This document shows positions 62,328 through 64,000 of a stretch of 64,000 nucleotides of DNA, piece after piece (positions within the stretch are counted from its first letter, which is position 1; each line of letters begins with the position of its first letter). Made by a program: the position numbers and the translations under genes. The DNA is from Anaerolineales bacterium. GTDB lineage: Bacteria > Chloroflexota > Anaerolineae > Anaerolineales > Villigracilaceae. The DNA is taken from assembly GCA_030583925.1 (NCBI GenBank), contig CP129482.1, forward strand, positions 3,634,001 through 3,698,000, given 5' to 3'. Under the pieces are notes generated by a model. The model was not told the DNA's origin, searched no databases, and was given only the letters and a program-made list of their open reading frames with translations.

Positions 62328-64000
62328 TCACGGACAAACCCTCTCCCCTTCCTGCGGAACATACAAAGCGATCTCATCTTCGGGGAATGATTCTTCCAAG
62401 CGATAATTGCACAAAATCGGACGCATGATGCCGCGCACCCAAACGTTGTTCTCTTCCGAGAAGGCGCGGCGGCGGGCGAGGATCTTGAACGTCAGCGGGT
62501 CAACGACGATCAGGTCGAAGCGCTGGGATTCCATCTCCTGTTTGAAGCGGTCAAGAAACGCCTCGTTGTTCGACATCGCCATTTCCATCAATTCCTCACG
62601 CTCATATTCCTGAACGAGCGTCACATCGTGGAGCATTCCCATCGAAACGAGGTGTCGCTGGGTGATGAAGAGGACCTCGCCGCCTTCGGCGTTCACGCGG
62701 TCAATTTCGGATTGCAGGGTTGAGAGAGTTTTCTTCGTGCGAGACGGGTCGTAGGATTTGAAGCCAATATTCGTTTGGGTGATGAAAAGAATGGGGATGA
62801 CGATCACGGACATAACACTGCCCCAATTTAGCGGAATGAATTCCGCAGTCCGAGTATTTTGGGGTGAGTAACGCGCAAAGACGAGATAGGAAAGCACGAT
62901 CCACAACATCGTGAAATAAGCATCCAAGTTGTGCAAGTCTGCGCCGCCGCCGATTTTGAGGGAGACGATCAGCCCGCCGAGGAAGAGGGCGAGCAACGCG
63001 GCGACGATGAAAAATATCCGCACAGGATGCCAGTCCGCGCGACGGGAGCGGAATTGTTGAATCAGCACGATCCACATCGGGAGCGAAACGAAGACCGAAG
63101 CGGGGAGCAAACCGTACACGTACGATTCGTTCGGCAAAAGCCGATACCACAACAACGGCGAGGACAAACTGGTGAAAAAATCGCTCGGGTTGGCGATGCC
63201 TGAAAAGGCGATGTAGACCTGCATCGAAACGTAAGCGGTCAACGTCCCGACGATAAACCACAGCGCGGGCTTGAAAATGTATCGCCAAAAATTTTTCCCA
63301 TCGAACGGGACTTCGAGAAAATACAACACGGCAGCGATCATGCCTGGCATCACGTACCAGTTGATGCGACTCGTCCCAGCCCAGACGGAAGCCAAAAGGA
63401 GGGCGAACCAACTCCGCGTCGGGTGATGAAGCGAAAAGCCGAAGAGGAGAATCAACACGGGGATCGTCAAATGCAGATAGATGGGTCCCATCATCAAGAA
63501 GAGGAACATCCACATGCCGACAAAAATTTTCAGCGTGCGATTCTGAATCGAGAGTCGATTCGTCAACGCGGGAATCATCAAGCCGACCAACGCAAAGCGC
63601 AACAACACTTGCCAAAAACGATGCGCCCACAACGGCGCGTCGATGAGATACGGCGCGGCGAGTAAAAAATGTAACGTGGGATGAAGGATGGGCAATGAAA
63701 ATTTTTCGCCAAAAATTTTTTGCGCGAGAAACAGCGACGGATAATAATAGCGGCTCGTCTCCGACCAGCCCATCGCAAACGGATACGCCGTGATGAGCGG
63801 CAGGTTGATGAGCGCGAGTTGCAACAGCGCTTGCGGCAAAATAAAAACGATCAACGCAACATGCCAATCAATGTTGCGAAAATTTTTTACGCCGATCATG
63901 CCGACGAGACTGAACACCCAAAACACGAGCAGATGAATCCAACCCGCGCTGCCCAACACCGTTTTGAAAAATGAATTGGATACGACGAGAGGAAATCCGA
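62328..64000 (-). CDS. Polytopic membrane protein, 5'-truncated (possible GT-C-like)
   Basis: Frame is open to the window end; WSETSRYYY loop, many TM helices, extracellular C-terminal domain. Confidence 0.65.
   Translation of the reverse strand, partial: GFPLVVSNSFFKTVLGSAGWIHLLVFWVFSLVGMIGVKNFRNIDWHVALIVFILPQALLQLALINLPLITAYPFAMGWSETSRYYYPSLFLAQKIFGEKFSLPILHPTLHFLLAAPYLIDAPLWAHRFWQVLLRFALVGLMIPALTNRLSIQNRTLKIFVGMWMFLFLMMGPIYLHLTIPVLILLFGFSLHHPTRSWFALLLASVWAGTSRINWYVMPGMIAAVLYFLEVPFDGKNFWRYIFKPALWFIVGTLTAYVSMQVYIAFSGIANPSDFFTSLSSPLLWYRLLPNESYVYGLLPASVFVSLPMWIVLIQQFRSRRADWHPVRIFFIVAALLALFLGGLIVSLKIGGGADLHNLDAYFTMLWIVLSYLVFARYSPQNTRTAEFIPLNWGSVMSVIVIPILFITQTNIGFKSYDPSRTKKTLSTLQSEIDRVNAEGGEVLFITQRHLVSMGMLHDVTLVQEYEREELMEMAMSNNEAFLDRFKQEMESQRFDLIVVDPLTFKILARRRAFSEENNVWVRGIMRPILCNYRLEESFPEDEIALYVPQEGERVCP

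Noticed and set aside
1-64000. tRNA, rRNA, tmRNA, T-box or transposase genes
   Set aside because: None recognised by eye; tRNAscan-SE, Infernal and ISEScan were not run, so weak cases cannot be excluded.

Overview
Bacterial chromosomal segment, GC-rich and mostly coded on the minus strand. Gene content and style suggest Chloroflexota/Anaerolineales (inference, not tested). Four parts: (1) 1-7.6 kb: branched-chain amino acid operon ilvD-ilvB-ilvN-ilvC-leuA-leuC(partial), preceded by an unannotated Ile/Leu/Val-rich leader peptide and attenuator. (2) 7.8-30.8 kb: mixed genes, including two M1-peptidase lipoproteins, a Zn/Mn ABC transporter, a ferric-reductase-like oxidoreductase, a sortase-like gene under two tandem GEMM-I cyclic-dinucleotide riboswitches, an MFS transporter, an apparently catalytically dead class A PBP, a HepT/MntA toxin-antitoxin pair and folP. 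(3) 31-64 kb: large surface-glycan locus with PseB, NeuB/PseI-like and SpsF-like genes, Wzm/Wzt, GDP-fucose synthase, glycosyl- and methyltransferases and polytopic membrane proteins. (4) A dense set of short non-coding repeat families. The most striking non-coding observations are about 11 TGTC/CGTC-tagged REP doublets, two of which sandwich a lone GIY-YIG nuclease gene; inverted heptamer arrays flanking a four-helix-bundle gene, with heptamer triplets inside many CDSs; a 118-120 bp MITE, one copy nested in a REP; and gene cassettes bounded by duplicated gene 3' ends. No CRISPR array, rRNA, tRNA or transposase was recognised.
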